Assembly (NCBI GenBank): GCA_965203905.1
Contig: CBDBDQ010000005.1
Location: 5,952,001-6,016,000, forward strand
Source: Spirochaetia bacterium
GTDB lineage: Bacteria > Spirochaetota > Spirochaetia > SZUA-6 > Bin103
Length of the DNA: 64,000 nt
Direction: 5' to 3'
Numbering within the stretch: the first letter of the stretch is position 1; the number at the start of each line of letters is the position of its first letter. Below are positions 1 through 10,354 of this stretch, piece after piece. A program made the position numbers and the translations under genes. Below the pieces are notes generated by a model. That model was not told the origin of the DNA. It saw only the letters and a list, made by a program, of their open reading frames with translations, and did no database searches.

Positions 1-272
1 AACAGTGCGGCGCGGAACTCCTGCGCCGCGTCGGCCTCGCGTCCCGCGGCGGCCAGTTCGTTGCCGGCGGCGAAGCGCTGCTGCGCCTCGGTCAGCCAGG
101 CCACCGGCCCGACCGCGAGGCTCGACTGAGCCGCCGCCGGCCCCGCCGTCCAGATACCGCACAGCAGAAGGAGCATCAGGTGCGCCATGCGGCCGGCAGC
201 GGCGCCGCGCATGCCCGAGTCCAGCTTCGTGGCGTCGAGCGACGAACCGCGCCGCCGGCAGACGATCGGCAT
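1..272 (-). CDS. BatE-like TPR protein, N-terminal part (runs off window)
   Basis: Manual translation from ATG overlapping the BatD stop (TGATG): signal-like hydrophobic stretch, then QQRFAAGNELAAAGREADAAQEFRAAL (TPR-like); last position in the Bat operon. Confidence 0.6.
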   Translation of the reverse strand, partial: MPIVCRRRGSSLDATKLDSGMRGAAAGRMAHLMLLLLCGIWTAGPAAAQSSLAVGPVAWLTEAQQRFAAGNELAAAGREADAAQEFRAAL

Positions 273-2128
273 CACCGGCGGATCCTCCGTTCCATGTGCG
301 CGGCCCATGCCAGCAGACGTTCGGCAAGGCTGTCGGCCTCCAGGTCTGCTCCGCCGTAGCGGGCAGCCTCCAGCGATGCGAACAGGAGGCGCAACTCCTC
401 AAGGGCCGGGTCTGCCACTCCCCGCTCCCGTAGCATGCCCGCGACGTCGGCGAAGCCGTGCACGGCCTGCCCGGGGCGCAGGCTGTCCGTGAGGTACCTG
501 CGCAATGCCGCGAGCAGGACCGGCTCCGCGGCATCCCTGCCCGCCGCGGTCACGGTGCGGCGCAGGTTCGCCAGGGCAGCCGCCGGCCGCCGCGGTCGCT
601 GCCGGTAGCGGCACAGCGCGAGGGCTCCGTGAACGCCCGCCAGCGCCAGCGGGGCGGCGAACAGCGCCAGCAGCCCGCCAGGCGAAACCACGAAGGCAAG
701 CAGATCGAAGCGCTGGTCGACCAGCAGCATGGGGCCCGCGTAGTTGTGGGCGATTCCGTCACGGCTGCTCGCCACCGGACCGCTCGGCGTGCCGTGCGCT
801 GCGCCGCCCACGGCGCCGTGACCGGCACTACCCTCCACGTCGCGCAGCGTGACTTCGCGGGTCGGATGGACCGTGATCGGAATCGGCTCGCTCGCCAACT
901 CGGCATAGCCCCCGCTTTCGGAATCGAACACGCTGATGCGCACCGCGGGTATCGCCGCAACCTCGTGGTGCAGCGCGCGCAGGACAAGGCGGACGGTTGC
1001 CTGCCCGGATGTCCGGGTGGGCGGCGAATCCGCGCTCACGCGAAACTCGCGAAAGCCGCTCATGCGGGTCAGGTCGGGAGCCTGCAGACGGCGCAGGTCG
1101 CCGCTGCCGGTGATGGTCACCGCGAGCTCCATCGGGTCCCCTACCTTCACCTCCAGCGGCGCGGCCCGGGCGGCGATCTCGAAACGGCCAACCAGGCCGC
1201 TGAAGTCCGCCGGACGCCCCTGCTCGGGCAGCGCCTTGACCCTGAGGTGCAGCTCGTTGGACGGCACCACGAACCGCTGCCGCACCGGTTGCCGCACGTT
1301 GCGTCCGAAGAAGTCGCGCACCGTGCGATAGCCGGCAACCCCTTCGAACACCACGGTCGCGGAGCCTATGTTGAGCTCCCCCGGTTGCTCGGAAAGCAGC
1401 GTCGTAGCGAAGCTCAGCGACGCGAAACGCTCGCCGTCGATCCGCGTCTGGCCCCGCTGCCACAGCACGTCCCGGCCCGCCACCGGCAGCCGCACCGGGT
1501 CGTTGCGGTTGGCGGGGGGTGCCTGATGCTCGTAGCTGAGACCCCGTTTCGCGGCGTCGTCCAGCACCGGGTGGCTGAAGCCATGCACCCGTTCCGGCCC
1601 CAACTCGGCGTTCCACAGCCAGGTAGTGGTGAGCAGCACCGGCTCGCCGACCCACACCTGCTCCCGATCCAGCGCGAGCTGCAGGCGGTAGTCCTCGATC
1701 GGTTGCGGCGTGCGTGCCCGAATGCGGATCGGCCTGGTGGCCTGCGCCTGCCCCTCCACCTGCAGGGTGAGCGCCGGGATGGTGAGCTCACCGGCAGCGG
1801 CGGCGGTGAGCTCGTAGTTGAGCACGTAGCCCCGATTCACCTGGCGCGTGGTTTGGCCGTTGATGGTGCTGACGATCTCGCTGTTGTTCGGTCCGCCGCC
1901 CAGAGCACGCACCGAGAAGCCGGCGACCGGTTCCAGGTTCGGTGCGGCGACCTGGTCGCTTCCTGACACCGCGATCCGGAAGCGGAACGGCTCGCCCACG
2001 TAGACCTCGGCGCGCTCCACGGCAGCCTGCACGCTGACGTTCTGGGCCGCTACCGGCGTGGCGGCGGCGGCCAGGACCAGCGCCAGCAAAGTACGCGCCG
2101 AGGCGTCTGCGCGCCAGCGTGCAGCCAT
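272..2128 (-). CDS. batD: BatD family protein (oxygen tolerance-type repeats)
   Basis: Signal peptide, repeated VYVGEPF/VWVGEPV/VKVGDPM domains, GRPADFSGLVGRF motif, C-terminal TM; operon context. Confidence 0.8.
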   Translation of the reverse strand: MAARWRADASARTLLALVLAAAATPVAAQNVSVQAAVERAEVYVGEPFRFRIAVSGSDQVAAPNLEPVAGFSVRALGGGPNNSEIVSTINGQTTRQVNRGYVLNYELTAAAAGELTIPALTLQVEGQAQATRPIRIRARTPQPIEDYRLQLALDREQVWVGEPVLLTTTWLWNAELGPERVHGFSHPVLDDAAKRGLSYEHQAPPANRNDPVRLPVAGRDVLWQRGQTRIDGERFASLSFATTLLSEQPGELNIGSATVVFEGVAGYRTVRDFFGRNVRQPVRQRFVVPSNELHLRVKALPEQGRPADFSGLVGRFEIAARAAPLEVKVGDPMELAVTITGSGDLRRLQAPDLTRMSGFREFRVSADSPPTRTSGQATVRLVLRALHHEVAAIPAVRISVFDSESGGYAELASEPIPITVHPTREVTLRDVEGSAGHGAVGGAAHGTPSGPVASSRDGIAHNYAGPMLLVDQRFDLLAFVVSPGGLLALFAAPLALAGVHGALALCRYRQRPRRPAAALANLRRTVTAAGRDAAEPVLLAALRRYLTDSLRPGQAVHGFADVAGMLRERGVADPALEELRLLFASLEAARYGGADLEADSLAERLLAWAAHMERRIRR

Positions 2129-2132
2129 GTCC

Positions 2133-2950
<818 letters not shown>

Positions 2951-2954
<4 letters not shown>

Positions 2955-4066
2955 GGCGCGCCCTCCGCAACGCCGTTCGATGCCTTCGCGCCCATGCGCA
3001 GCAGGCGCGACAGGGGCATCCGCGGCAACGCCATCCGATCCGGCAGCACCAGGGCCAGTGCCAGGAGCAGCAGCGAAACCGCGATGAAGGTCTGGAACCG
3101 CTCCCGGACCAACTCTACCGACGCGGTCTCCAGCAGCCGGCCGGAAGCGGAGGCAATCAGTTCCTGGTAGAGCCGTCCCAGGTCGACGTTGCCGGTTGCA
3201 ACGTGGATGTAGCGGCCCCCGGGGGTGGCGCCGGCGATGGTGCGCAGCAGGTCGGCGTCGAGCTTGCTCAGCACCATCTGCCCTTCATGCTCCACGAACG
3301 CCGGCTCGCCACCTGCGGAGCTGCCGTCCCGGGGAATCGGCTGGCCGGCGCTGTCGTCGCCCAGACCGACGGCCAGCAGCCGCACGCCGCGCTGACCCAG
3401 CTCCTCCGCGGCGGCCGCGGGGAAGCTGTCGTGATCGCCGCCATCGGTGATCAGCAGCACGTCCCGGTGCTCGATCGCGCGGTCGTCGAACACCTGGTCG
3501 CGCACGGTGCGCAGGGCATCGCCGATAAGCGACCCGCCGCGGGCCACGCTGGTGACCGACAGTTGCTGCACCGCGAGCCGGAAGAACCCGTAGTCGAATG
3601 TCAGCGGACTCTTCACCACGGCACTGCCGGCGAACGCCACCAGTGCCACCCGATCTCCGGAGAGCTGCTCCAGGGTATCCAGAATCGCGAGCTTGGCGCG
3701 TTCCAGGCGATTGGGGGCCAGGTCCTCGGCCAGCATGCTGCGCGAGACGTCCACCACGAACACCACGTCGCGCCCGCGGCGCTCCAGGGTGGTGGCCTGC
3801 GACTCCCAGCCCGGCCGCGCGACGGCCACGACAAGCGCGGCGTAACCGACCAGCGTGAGGCAGGCGAGCAGCGGCCGCAGGTTGCGGGCGGCACCGGTCG
3901 CGGCTCCGGCAGCGCCCCGAAACCGCCGCCTGAAGCGCCGTGCGGACCGCCGCCGGGCACGCGCGGCCAGGAACCAGACCGCGAGCAGCGGCAGCAGCAA
4001 CCACAGCAGCAGAAACGCCTCGGGATGGACGAAGCGGAGCGTGGCTTCGTTGAGCGGCACCGGCAT
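2951..4066 (-). CDS. vWA domain protein (BatB-like)
   Basis: MIDAS DVSRSM, LAPNRLERAK, LLITDG; N-terminal BatA-type TM. Confidence 0.85.
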
Positions 4067-5115
4067 CAGGGACTCCGCCGCAACACGGTGGCGTTGAGCA
4101 GCGCGGCCGCGAGAATGCACAGCGCCGCCGCCAGGACCAGAGGCACGAATCGTTCGCGATAGCTCAGGTAGCGCACCGACTCGATCTCGCTGCGCTCCAG
4201 TTGATCGATCTCACGGTAGACGGCGCTCAGGGCGTCGGCGTCTCCCGCAACGCGGAACAGGCCGCCGGTGGTCTCGGCGATGGTGCGCAACTCGCGCTCG
4301 TCTATTTCCACGCGAGGCAGGCGCTGCATGCCTGCCGTCCCGCGCGGCGCGGGCGCTCCCGCCAGGCCGATGGCGTGCACGGTGATACCCCAGTCACGCG
4401 CCAGCTCGGCGGCCTCGCTTGGGGTGCGCACTCCCGTGTTGTTGAGCCCGTCGGTGAGCAGCACGATTACCTTGCTCTTGATCTCGTACCTGCCATCGCC
4501 GTCTTCGCCGTCTGCCGCGAGCTGCTCCTCGGCGCGCTGCAGCCGCGCCGCCGCCAGCGCCAGGGCGTCGCCGATGGCGGTGCCGTCCTCCGAGCGCTCG
4601 GTGGCCAGCTCGATGCCGTGCAGGAAACCGTCGGCCGCGTCGTGGGCGAGGGTCAGGGGCAGCACCGTCTCTGCGTAGCGGGCAAAGGTGACGAGGCCGA
4701 TCAGATCGTCGTCGCGGCCACCGAGTCCCGTGTCGTCGCCGTGGATGAACCGGGTCAGCACCTCCTTGGCCGCCTGCAGGCGGTTGCCGCTGTCCTGCTG
4801 CGGCGTCAGCGGCGCGCCCATGCTCCCCGAGCGATCCAGCACCAGCTCGATCGCCACTCCGCGACTGACGTCCACCACCCGCTCCTGCCCCTCGCGCGGC
4901 CGTGCCAGGGCCACCACCAGCAACAGCAGGGCAAGCACCTGCAACGCCGCCGGCAGCCACACGAGGCGGTGGCGCAGCGACGGCCGCAGCGCCGAAGCCA
5001 GCGTCGCCGAGGAGAATCCCAGCCCCACCCGGCGGCGGGCGATCCACTGGCGCAGCAGCGGCAGGGCGGCGACCGCCGGCAACAGCAGCAGCGCCCACGG
5101 GCTCTCAAACTGCAC
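4066..5115 (-). CDS. vWA domain protein (BatA-like)
   Basis: DRSGSM MIDAS, GTAIGDALA, VLLTDGLNN; GTG start (VQFESPW). Confidence 0.85.
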   Translation of the reverse strand: MQFESPWALLLLPAVAALPLLRQWIARRRVGLGFSSATLASALRPSLRHRLVWLPAALQVLALLLLVVALARPREGQERVVDVSRGVAIELVLDRSGSMGAPLTPQQDSGNRLQAAKEVLTRFIHGDDTGLGGRDDDLIGLVTFARYAETVLPLTLAHDAADGFLHGIELATERSEDGTAIGDALALAAARLQRAEEQLAADGEDGDGRYEIKSKVIVLLTDGLNNTGVRTPSEAAELARDWGITVHAIGLAGAPAPRGTAGMQRLPRVEIDERELRTIAETTGGLFRVAGDADALSAVYREIDQLERSEIESVRYLSYRERFVPLVLAAALCILAAALLNATVLRRSP

Positions 5116-6196
5116 GCGCCGCCTCCATGTCGGGCGCCGGCTCCTGCTCGGGCGCCGGCGGCCTGGTGGCCTGCACCAGGTCGGTGGCGGTCTCGAGCAG
5201 ATCCTGGCTTGCCACCTCGGTGGGGCGGGCACGGGCAAACTTCACCTGGTCGCACTGGGCCAGGAAGGCATGCAGCGCGCGCCGCTGGGGATCGTCCAGC
5301 CAGTTCCCTCCGGCGAGGATGAACATCAACTCCTCCGTGGTGCGTTCCGGCGCCCGCACGCCGAAACGCTGCTCCAGGTAGCGTCGCACGATCGCCGCCA
5401 CGGCGGTGTGGAACGCCAGCAGGTCGCGATGCAGCAGATCGTCGGCGGCCAGCTCCCGCAGGGCGCGCAGGGCGGCCACATGAGGCGGAACGATGGCGGC
5501 CCGGGCAGCGCTGCGCGCGGCCCGCCGGCGCAAGATCACCACGGCCGCAACGGCAACCCCGGCAGCGACAATGGCGAGCGCTGCAAACAGCAGCAGGCGG
5601 CCCACGCGCGGCGGCGCCGGCATCGGCTCCGCTACCTCCTGCAGTCGAGGCGTCTCCACCGCTCCGGCGAGCACCGAAGTCACGGTCAGGTCGACCGGCT
5701 CCGTGTGTATCGTAACGGCAGTCTCGCCGTCGTCGCCGGCAACGACCACCGCCAGCCCCGGCACCTGGTACTCTCCGGCCAGGAACGGCTGCATCTCGAA
5801 GCGACGCACCCAGCGTACCAGCGCGCCTTCCTGCAACGCCGGTGGCAGGGTGTGAGTCCGCGCCACCTCCAGCCCGCCGGCCACCGCCTGCTCCGCGGTG
5901 GGGAGCCGTACGGTCAGCCCCTCGGCCGCCAGCACGGCCACTTCCACCAGCACCCACTCCGCGGTGGTGATCTCGGTGCGGTCCAGGCGCAGCACCACTT
6001 CCACGCCGCCGTTTGCATAGGCGTGCTCCAGCCCCCATTCCTCGGCCGCCCGATCCGGCGCACCGCCCGCACCGCCACAGCCGAGCAGCACGGCCAGCAC
6101 CAGTCCCGCGCCGGCGCTCATAGCAGCCCGTGTCGAAGCACCGGCTGCATTCGAGCGGTGCGGCGCCGGGTCCCGCCACGGGCTGCTAATGGCCAC
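5105..6196 (-). CDS. Bat-operon membrane lipoprotein (BatD/DUF4381-like)
   Basis: LLGC lipobox, TM segment, C-terminal RRYLEQRFGVRAPERTTEEL...CDQVKFA motif; start uncertain (6121 or 6196). Confidence 0.7.
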   Translation of the reverse strand: MAISSPWRDPAPHRSNAAGASTRAAMSAGAGLVLAVLLGCGGAGGAPDRAAEEWGLEHAYANGGVEVVLRLDRTEITTAEWVLVEVAVLAAEGLTVRLPTAEQAVAGGLEVARTHTLPPALQEGALVRWVRRFEMQPFLAGEYQVPGLAVVVAGDDGETAVTIHTEPVDLTVTSVLAGAVETPRLQEVAEPMPAPPRVGRLLLFAALAIVAAGVAVAAVVILRRRAARSAARAAIVPPHVAALRALRELAADDLLHRDLLAFHTAVAAIVRRYLEQRFGVRAPERTTEELMFILAGGNWLDDPQRRALHAFLAQCDQVKFARARPTEVASQDLLETATDLVQATRPPAPEQEPAPDMEAARAV

Positions 6197-7073
6197 GTGC
6201 CGCCCGCCGCTCCCGCGCCTTGAAGAACCGCACCAGGTCGCGGGTCCAGCTCTGCTCGGTGTGAATCGGAATCTGGTCGATGCCGAGTCCGCGCAGCTGC
6301 GCCGCCAGCGCCTGCTGCCGCTCGTGACCGTGGCGCGCGTACTCCTCGCGCACCCGCCGGCTGGAGGTGTCCACCAGCACCCGCGAGCCGGTTTCCGCGT
6401 CCTGCAGCTCCAGCAGCCCGACCCGCGGCAGCGACAGCTCATGCGGATCGACGACCGAGGCGGCTATCAGGTCGTGACGCTTCACCGCGAGCCGCAGCTC
6501 GTTCTCGTATCCGGCGGCGAGAAAATCGGAGATCAGAAACACCGTGGCACGGCGGCGTTGCACGCGGCTGACGAAGCTGAGGGCGGCGCCGATGTCGGTG
6601 CCGCGGCGCCGCGGGGTGAAGAACAGCAGCTCGCGCACCAGGCGCAGGGCGTGGGTGGCGCCTTTCTTGGGCGGAATGAACAGCTCGATGACGTCGGTGA
6701 ACACCACCAGGCCGACCCGGTCGTGGTGGCGGATGGCGGAAAACGCGAGCAGAGCGGTGAGCTCGGCCGCCACCTCGGTCTTGCTCCTGGCCCCGGACCC
6801 GAACGCTCCCGAGGCGGACAGGTCCACCACGAACAGCACCGTCAGCTCGCGCTCCTCCACGTAGCGCTTCACGTAGGGGTGCCCCATGCGCGCGGTCACG
6901 TTCCAGTCGATGCTGCGAATCTCGTCGCCCGGCTGGTAGTCGCGCACCTCCTGAAACTCCATCCCCCGGCCACGGAACACGCTCGCGTACTCGCCGCCGA
7001 ACACCGTGTCCACGGCGCGCCGGGCGCGAATCTGGATGTAGCGTATCTGCCGCGCCAGCTCCGGGGAGATCAC
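6186..7073 (-). CDS. DUF58 family protein
   Basis: GRGMEFQEVRDYQPGDEIRSIDWNVTAR signature. Confidence 0.92.
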   Translation of the reverse strand: MISPELARQIRYIQIRARRAVDTVFGGEYASVFRGRGMEFQEVRDYQPGDEIRSIDWNVTARMGHPYVKRYVEERELTVLFVVDLSASGAFGSGARSKTEVAAELTALLAFSAIRHHDRVGLVVFTDVIELFIPPKKGATHALRLVRELLFFTPRRRGTDIGAALSFVSRVQRRRATVFLISDFLAAGYENELRLAVKRHDLIAASVVDPHELSLPRVGLLELQDAETGSRVLVDTSSRRVREEYARHGHERQQALAAQLRGLGIDQIPIHTEQSWTRDLVRFFKARERRAARGH

Positions 7074-8053
7074 GGCACCGGAACAGCGTCCAGAATCACG
7101 CCGACCAGGTCGTCGGCGGTGCGTTCCTCAGCCTCCGCTTCGTAGCTCACGATGACCCGGTGGCGGAGCACGTCCGGCGCCATCGTCTTGACGTCCTGCG
7201 GAGTCACGTAGCCGCGTCCGTGCAGCAGGGCGTAGGCCTTGGCGGCCAGGGTGAGGTAGATCGTGGCACGCGGCGAGGCGCCGTACTCGATCAGCCCATC
7301 CAGCTCCAGGCCGACGTGCGCCGGTTCCCGGGTGGCGTACACCACGTCCACGACGTACTCCTCCACCTTCTCATCCATGTAGATGCGTTCCACGAGGCCG
7401 CGCAGGCGCTCGAAGTCGGCGGGCTGCAGCACCGCCTCGACCTGCGCCTGGGTCGCGGTGCGCGCCATCTGGCGCAGGATGCGCAGCTCCTCGTCACGAC
7501 TGGGATAGGTAACCCGCAGCTTGAGCATGAAGCGGTCCACCTGCGCCTCGGGCAGAGGATAGGTCCCCTCCTGCTCGATGGGATTCTGGGTGGCCAGCAC
7601 CATGAACGGATCGTCGAGGGGGTGACTCTCGTCGCCGATGGTCACCTGCCGCTCCTGCATCGCCTCCAGCAGCGCACTCTGCACCTTGGCGGGGGCGCGG
7701 TTGATCTCGTCGGCGAGGATGATGTTGGCGAAGATCGGTCCGCGCCGGGTGGTGAACTCGCCGCTGCCCGGGTGGTACACCAGGGTACCGATCAGGTCCG
7801 CGGGAAGCAGGTCGGGGGTGAACTGGATGCGTCGGAAGCGGGCGTCGATCGCCTGCGCCAGGGTCGTGATCGACAGCGTCTTGGCCAGACCCGGCACCCC
7901 TTCCACCAACAGGTGCGCGTTGCACAGCAACCCGATCTGCAGCCGCTCGATCAGGTAACTCTGCCCGACGATCACCTGCTCCAGTTGCCGCCGCACCTCC
8001 TGCAACAAGCGGCTCTCGCGTTCCACCTCGGTGCCGATCTGCCTGACGTCCAC
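7070..8053 (-). CDS. moxR: MoxR family AAA+ ATPase
   Basis: EGVPGLAKT Walker A, RIQFTPDLLPADL, LADEINRAPAKVQSALLEAM, ATQNPIEQEGTYPLPEAQ. Confidence 0.95.
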   Translation of the reverse strand: MDVRQIGTEVERESRLLQEVRRQLEQVIVGQSYLIERLQIGLLCNAHLLVEGVPGLAKTLSITTLAQAIDARFRRIQFTPDLLPADLIGTLVYHPGSGEFTTRRGPIFANIILADEINRAPAKVQSALLEAMQERQVTIGDESHPLDDPFMVLATQNPIEQEGTYPLPEAQVDRFMLKLRVTYPSRDEELRILRQMARTATQAQVEAVLQPADFERLRGLVERIYMDEKVEEYVVDVVYATREPAHVGLELDGLIEYGASPRATIYLTLAAKAYALLHGRGYVTPQDVKTMAPDVLRHRVIVSYEAEAEERTADDLVGVILDAVPVP

Positions 8054-8231
8054 TGCTGTTCTTCCTGGCGTGGTCCGAGCCGGTGCGGCGGACGGTCACC
8101 GTCGCCGCCGCCAATCCCGGCCCTGCCTCTGTATTCGTATTGACGCAGGCCGGAGAGCACGTCGGCTCGGGCCCACATTTCGAATGTAGTGGACACCACA
8201 AACCGAAATCAACAGCGGCGGCCACCCGCGG

Positions 8232-10286
8232 CCGGACCATCCCACGCTGCGCGACAAGCCGGCTGCAGTTCGTTACTCCCGTTGCCCTCGGACCGCCACC
8301 CCGACGGCCCAACTCGCACCCTGGCAAGCGCCGATCACGTAGCCCCGTCTGGCGTCGGTCGGTACTCCCGATGCCGGAAGCGGTTATGCGCAGCGCAATA
8401 TACACGGAGATTCTCCGGCTCCGCGCTGCCGCCGAGCGCGAAGGGAACGATATGGTCGAGCTCCAGCAGGAAGCGGGACCCGCAACGCCGCCCGCTGTGC
8501 GGATCGACGTAACTGCAGCAGCCGCCGTCGCGGCGCCACACCTCGCGCCGCACTGGTGCCGGAATGTACCGGGATCGGGGCGCCCGGTGGGGCGGCTGCG
8601 CGCTGCCTGCGGACGGGCCGGCTGCCGCCGCCTGCGGCCGCGAACGGCCATCGAGCTGCGCCGCCCCTGCCCGCTTCGCTGGCGAAGGAGCGTGGCGGCC
8701 GCAATCCGCCGCTGCCGGCGCGGTCGGCATGCTTTGGTCCGCCGGCGGCGTCGGTACGGTGGCGTGGGCCCCACAACCAGCCACCAACTGCGCCGCCGAA
8801 GGAGCGGTGCCGGGCGCCGCCACCGCTGGCTTGCCACGCACCGGGGTGATGCTGCCGCCAGTCTCGCGCCCCGACGGCGGCGCGGACAGCACTGCCACCG
8901 CCGAGGTGCCGGCGTGGCCAATCCCGCGCGCGGGTTCCTCTGCGGACAGCGCTGCCGGCGCCGGGGTGTTGCCGCCGGCGCTCGTGCCTTCCGGCGGCGT
9001 CGGAACTCCGGGTTGCTCTTGCGCGCCCCGCTTCGCCGGCGAAGTCGCTCCGCCTGCCGGCCCTTGCTGCGGCTTCGGCTCCGGCGCCTGGCCCGCGCTT
9101 GCCTCCCGGCTCCCGCCTCTGCGACCGCGCGGCGGTCGCCCCGGGTCGTAGCGCTGCAGGCCGTCCTGCACCAGCCGCTCCACCAGTTGCCCCAGCGTCA
9201 GGTGCGGGTCGACGTGCGACAGCAGTGCCCGTAGCTGCTCGATCCCGCGCTGACAGGCAGAGTCGATCTCCACTTTCAGCTCCCAGCGGTCCTCGCCCAG
9301 CGCCCTTATGCGATCAGCAGGGCGCGCCAGCTCGGGAGCCACCCCGGCCAACAACTGCTTCACCTCGCGGGTGCTCTTGCCGCTCGCCTGCGCCACCAGC
9401 TCCTGCCGCTGCGCCGCGTCCAGCGCCGGCACCGGTCGCGCTGGCGTCGCTGCCCCGGCCCCCAAAGCCCCCGCCTCCGGCGCCGTCCCCGTGCCGCCCG
9501 GCAGCAGCTCCGGGGCCGCGGGTGCGGAGCCGGAGTCCACGGCGGTGGTGGCTGTGCGCTGCAGGAGATCGAAGGTGTTCTGCAACTGCGCCGCCGCGCT
9601 CAGGGAGAGCGAGCCGTCCTGCAGCCGCTCGCGTGTCCCGGCGGTCTCGGAGCACAGGTGCATAGCCTTTATGCGGCGCCACGCGGCGCCTTCGCTGTAG
9701 CCCAGCTCGCGGACGGCGTAGTCGAACAGGCTGGAGAACCCGAGGCGCAGGTGCAGGTGGCGGGCGTGGATCTCGCGCAGGTGGTCGAGGACGGCGAGCT
9801 GCAGCGCCTGCTCATGCAGGACGAGGGACCTGGTGTGCGCCAGCAGCACCTGGTCGGGGAGCCCGGAGAGCGAGGAGGAGAAGCCGGTAGGGATCGCGGC
9901 AGCCATGGCGTAAATATAATCATGGCTGATAAATGACCGGTTTCTGCAAGTCCCGGGACGGGCACCTGGAAGGGCTCAGGCCGGCGCTGGCGGGGTGCTG
10001 GCGGGCCTGGAGGGCGCGGGGGGATGCTCGAAGGGGCGGAGGGGCCGGAACGTGCGGCAGGGGGCCGTCATGAGCAGCGCCAAACCCGTCAAGTGCTCAG
10101 CGCATATTTTTCGCACAAATCCTGTAGCGCGTGCGCCGACGTGGCCGCAACGCATCGGCGGACCGGATGGCGGCAACCGCTTATTCCTGGACACACCGTA
10201 CAGCGAACGAAACCACGCACCTGAAAGCGGCGATCAGGCAGGTCGCCACACGGGATGCAGACATCGTTCAACAGAGGATGGTCCTG
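8232..10286 (-). mobile_element. Putative HNH-encoding mobile element, copy 1
   Basis: Homologous end to end with 35787-37889; imperfect terminal IRs (CCGGACCATCC / GGATGGTCCTG); flanking direct repeat CACCCGCGGC at 8223-8232 and 10287-10296. Confidence 0.75.
8335..9906 (-). CDS. HNH endonuclease with helical N-terminal domain (DUF222-like architecture)
   Basis: C-terminal RYIPAPVRREVWRRDGGCC..RCG..LELDHIVPFALGG..NLRVYCAAHN; N-terminal LGFSSLFDYAVRELGYSEGAAWRRI; long Pro/Ala linker. Confidence 0.88.
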   Translation of the reverse strand: MAAAIPTGFSSSLSGLPDQVLLAHTRSLVLHEQALQLAVLDHLREIHARHLHLRLGFSSLFDYAVRELGYSEGAAWRRIKAMHLCSETAGTRERLQDGSLSLSAAAQLQNTFDLLQRTATTAVDSGSAPAAPELLPGGTGTAPEAGALGAGAATPARPVPALDAAQRQELVAQASGKSTREVKQLLAGVAPELARPADRIRALGEDRWELKVEIDSACQRGIEQLRALLSHVDPHLTLGQLVERLVQDGLQRYDPGRPPRGRRGGSREASAGQAPEPKPQQGPAGGATSPAKRGAQEQPGVPTPPEGTSAGGNTPAPAALSAEEPARGIGHAGTSAVAVLSAPPSGRETGGSITPVRGKPAVAAPGTAPSAAQLVAGCGAHATVPTPPADQSMPTAPAAADCGRHAPSPAKRAGAAQLDGRSRPQAAAAGPSAGSAQPPHRAPRSRYIPAPVRREVWRRDGGCCSYVDPHSGRRCGSRFLLELDHIVPFALGGSAEPENLRVYCAAHNRFRHREYRPTPDGAT

Positions 10287-10354
10287 CACCCGCGGCGCGC
10301 CAGTCCCTGTGATGCCCGGTGGACGCCGTGCCCCCAGCCATGCTTGTGTGAGGC

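Noticed and set aside
8335-9906. IscB/Cas9 or HEARO identity for the HNH ORF
   Set aside because: No PLMP/RRXRR N-terminus or RuvC motifs are visible, and the architecture differs.
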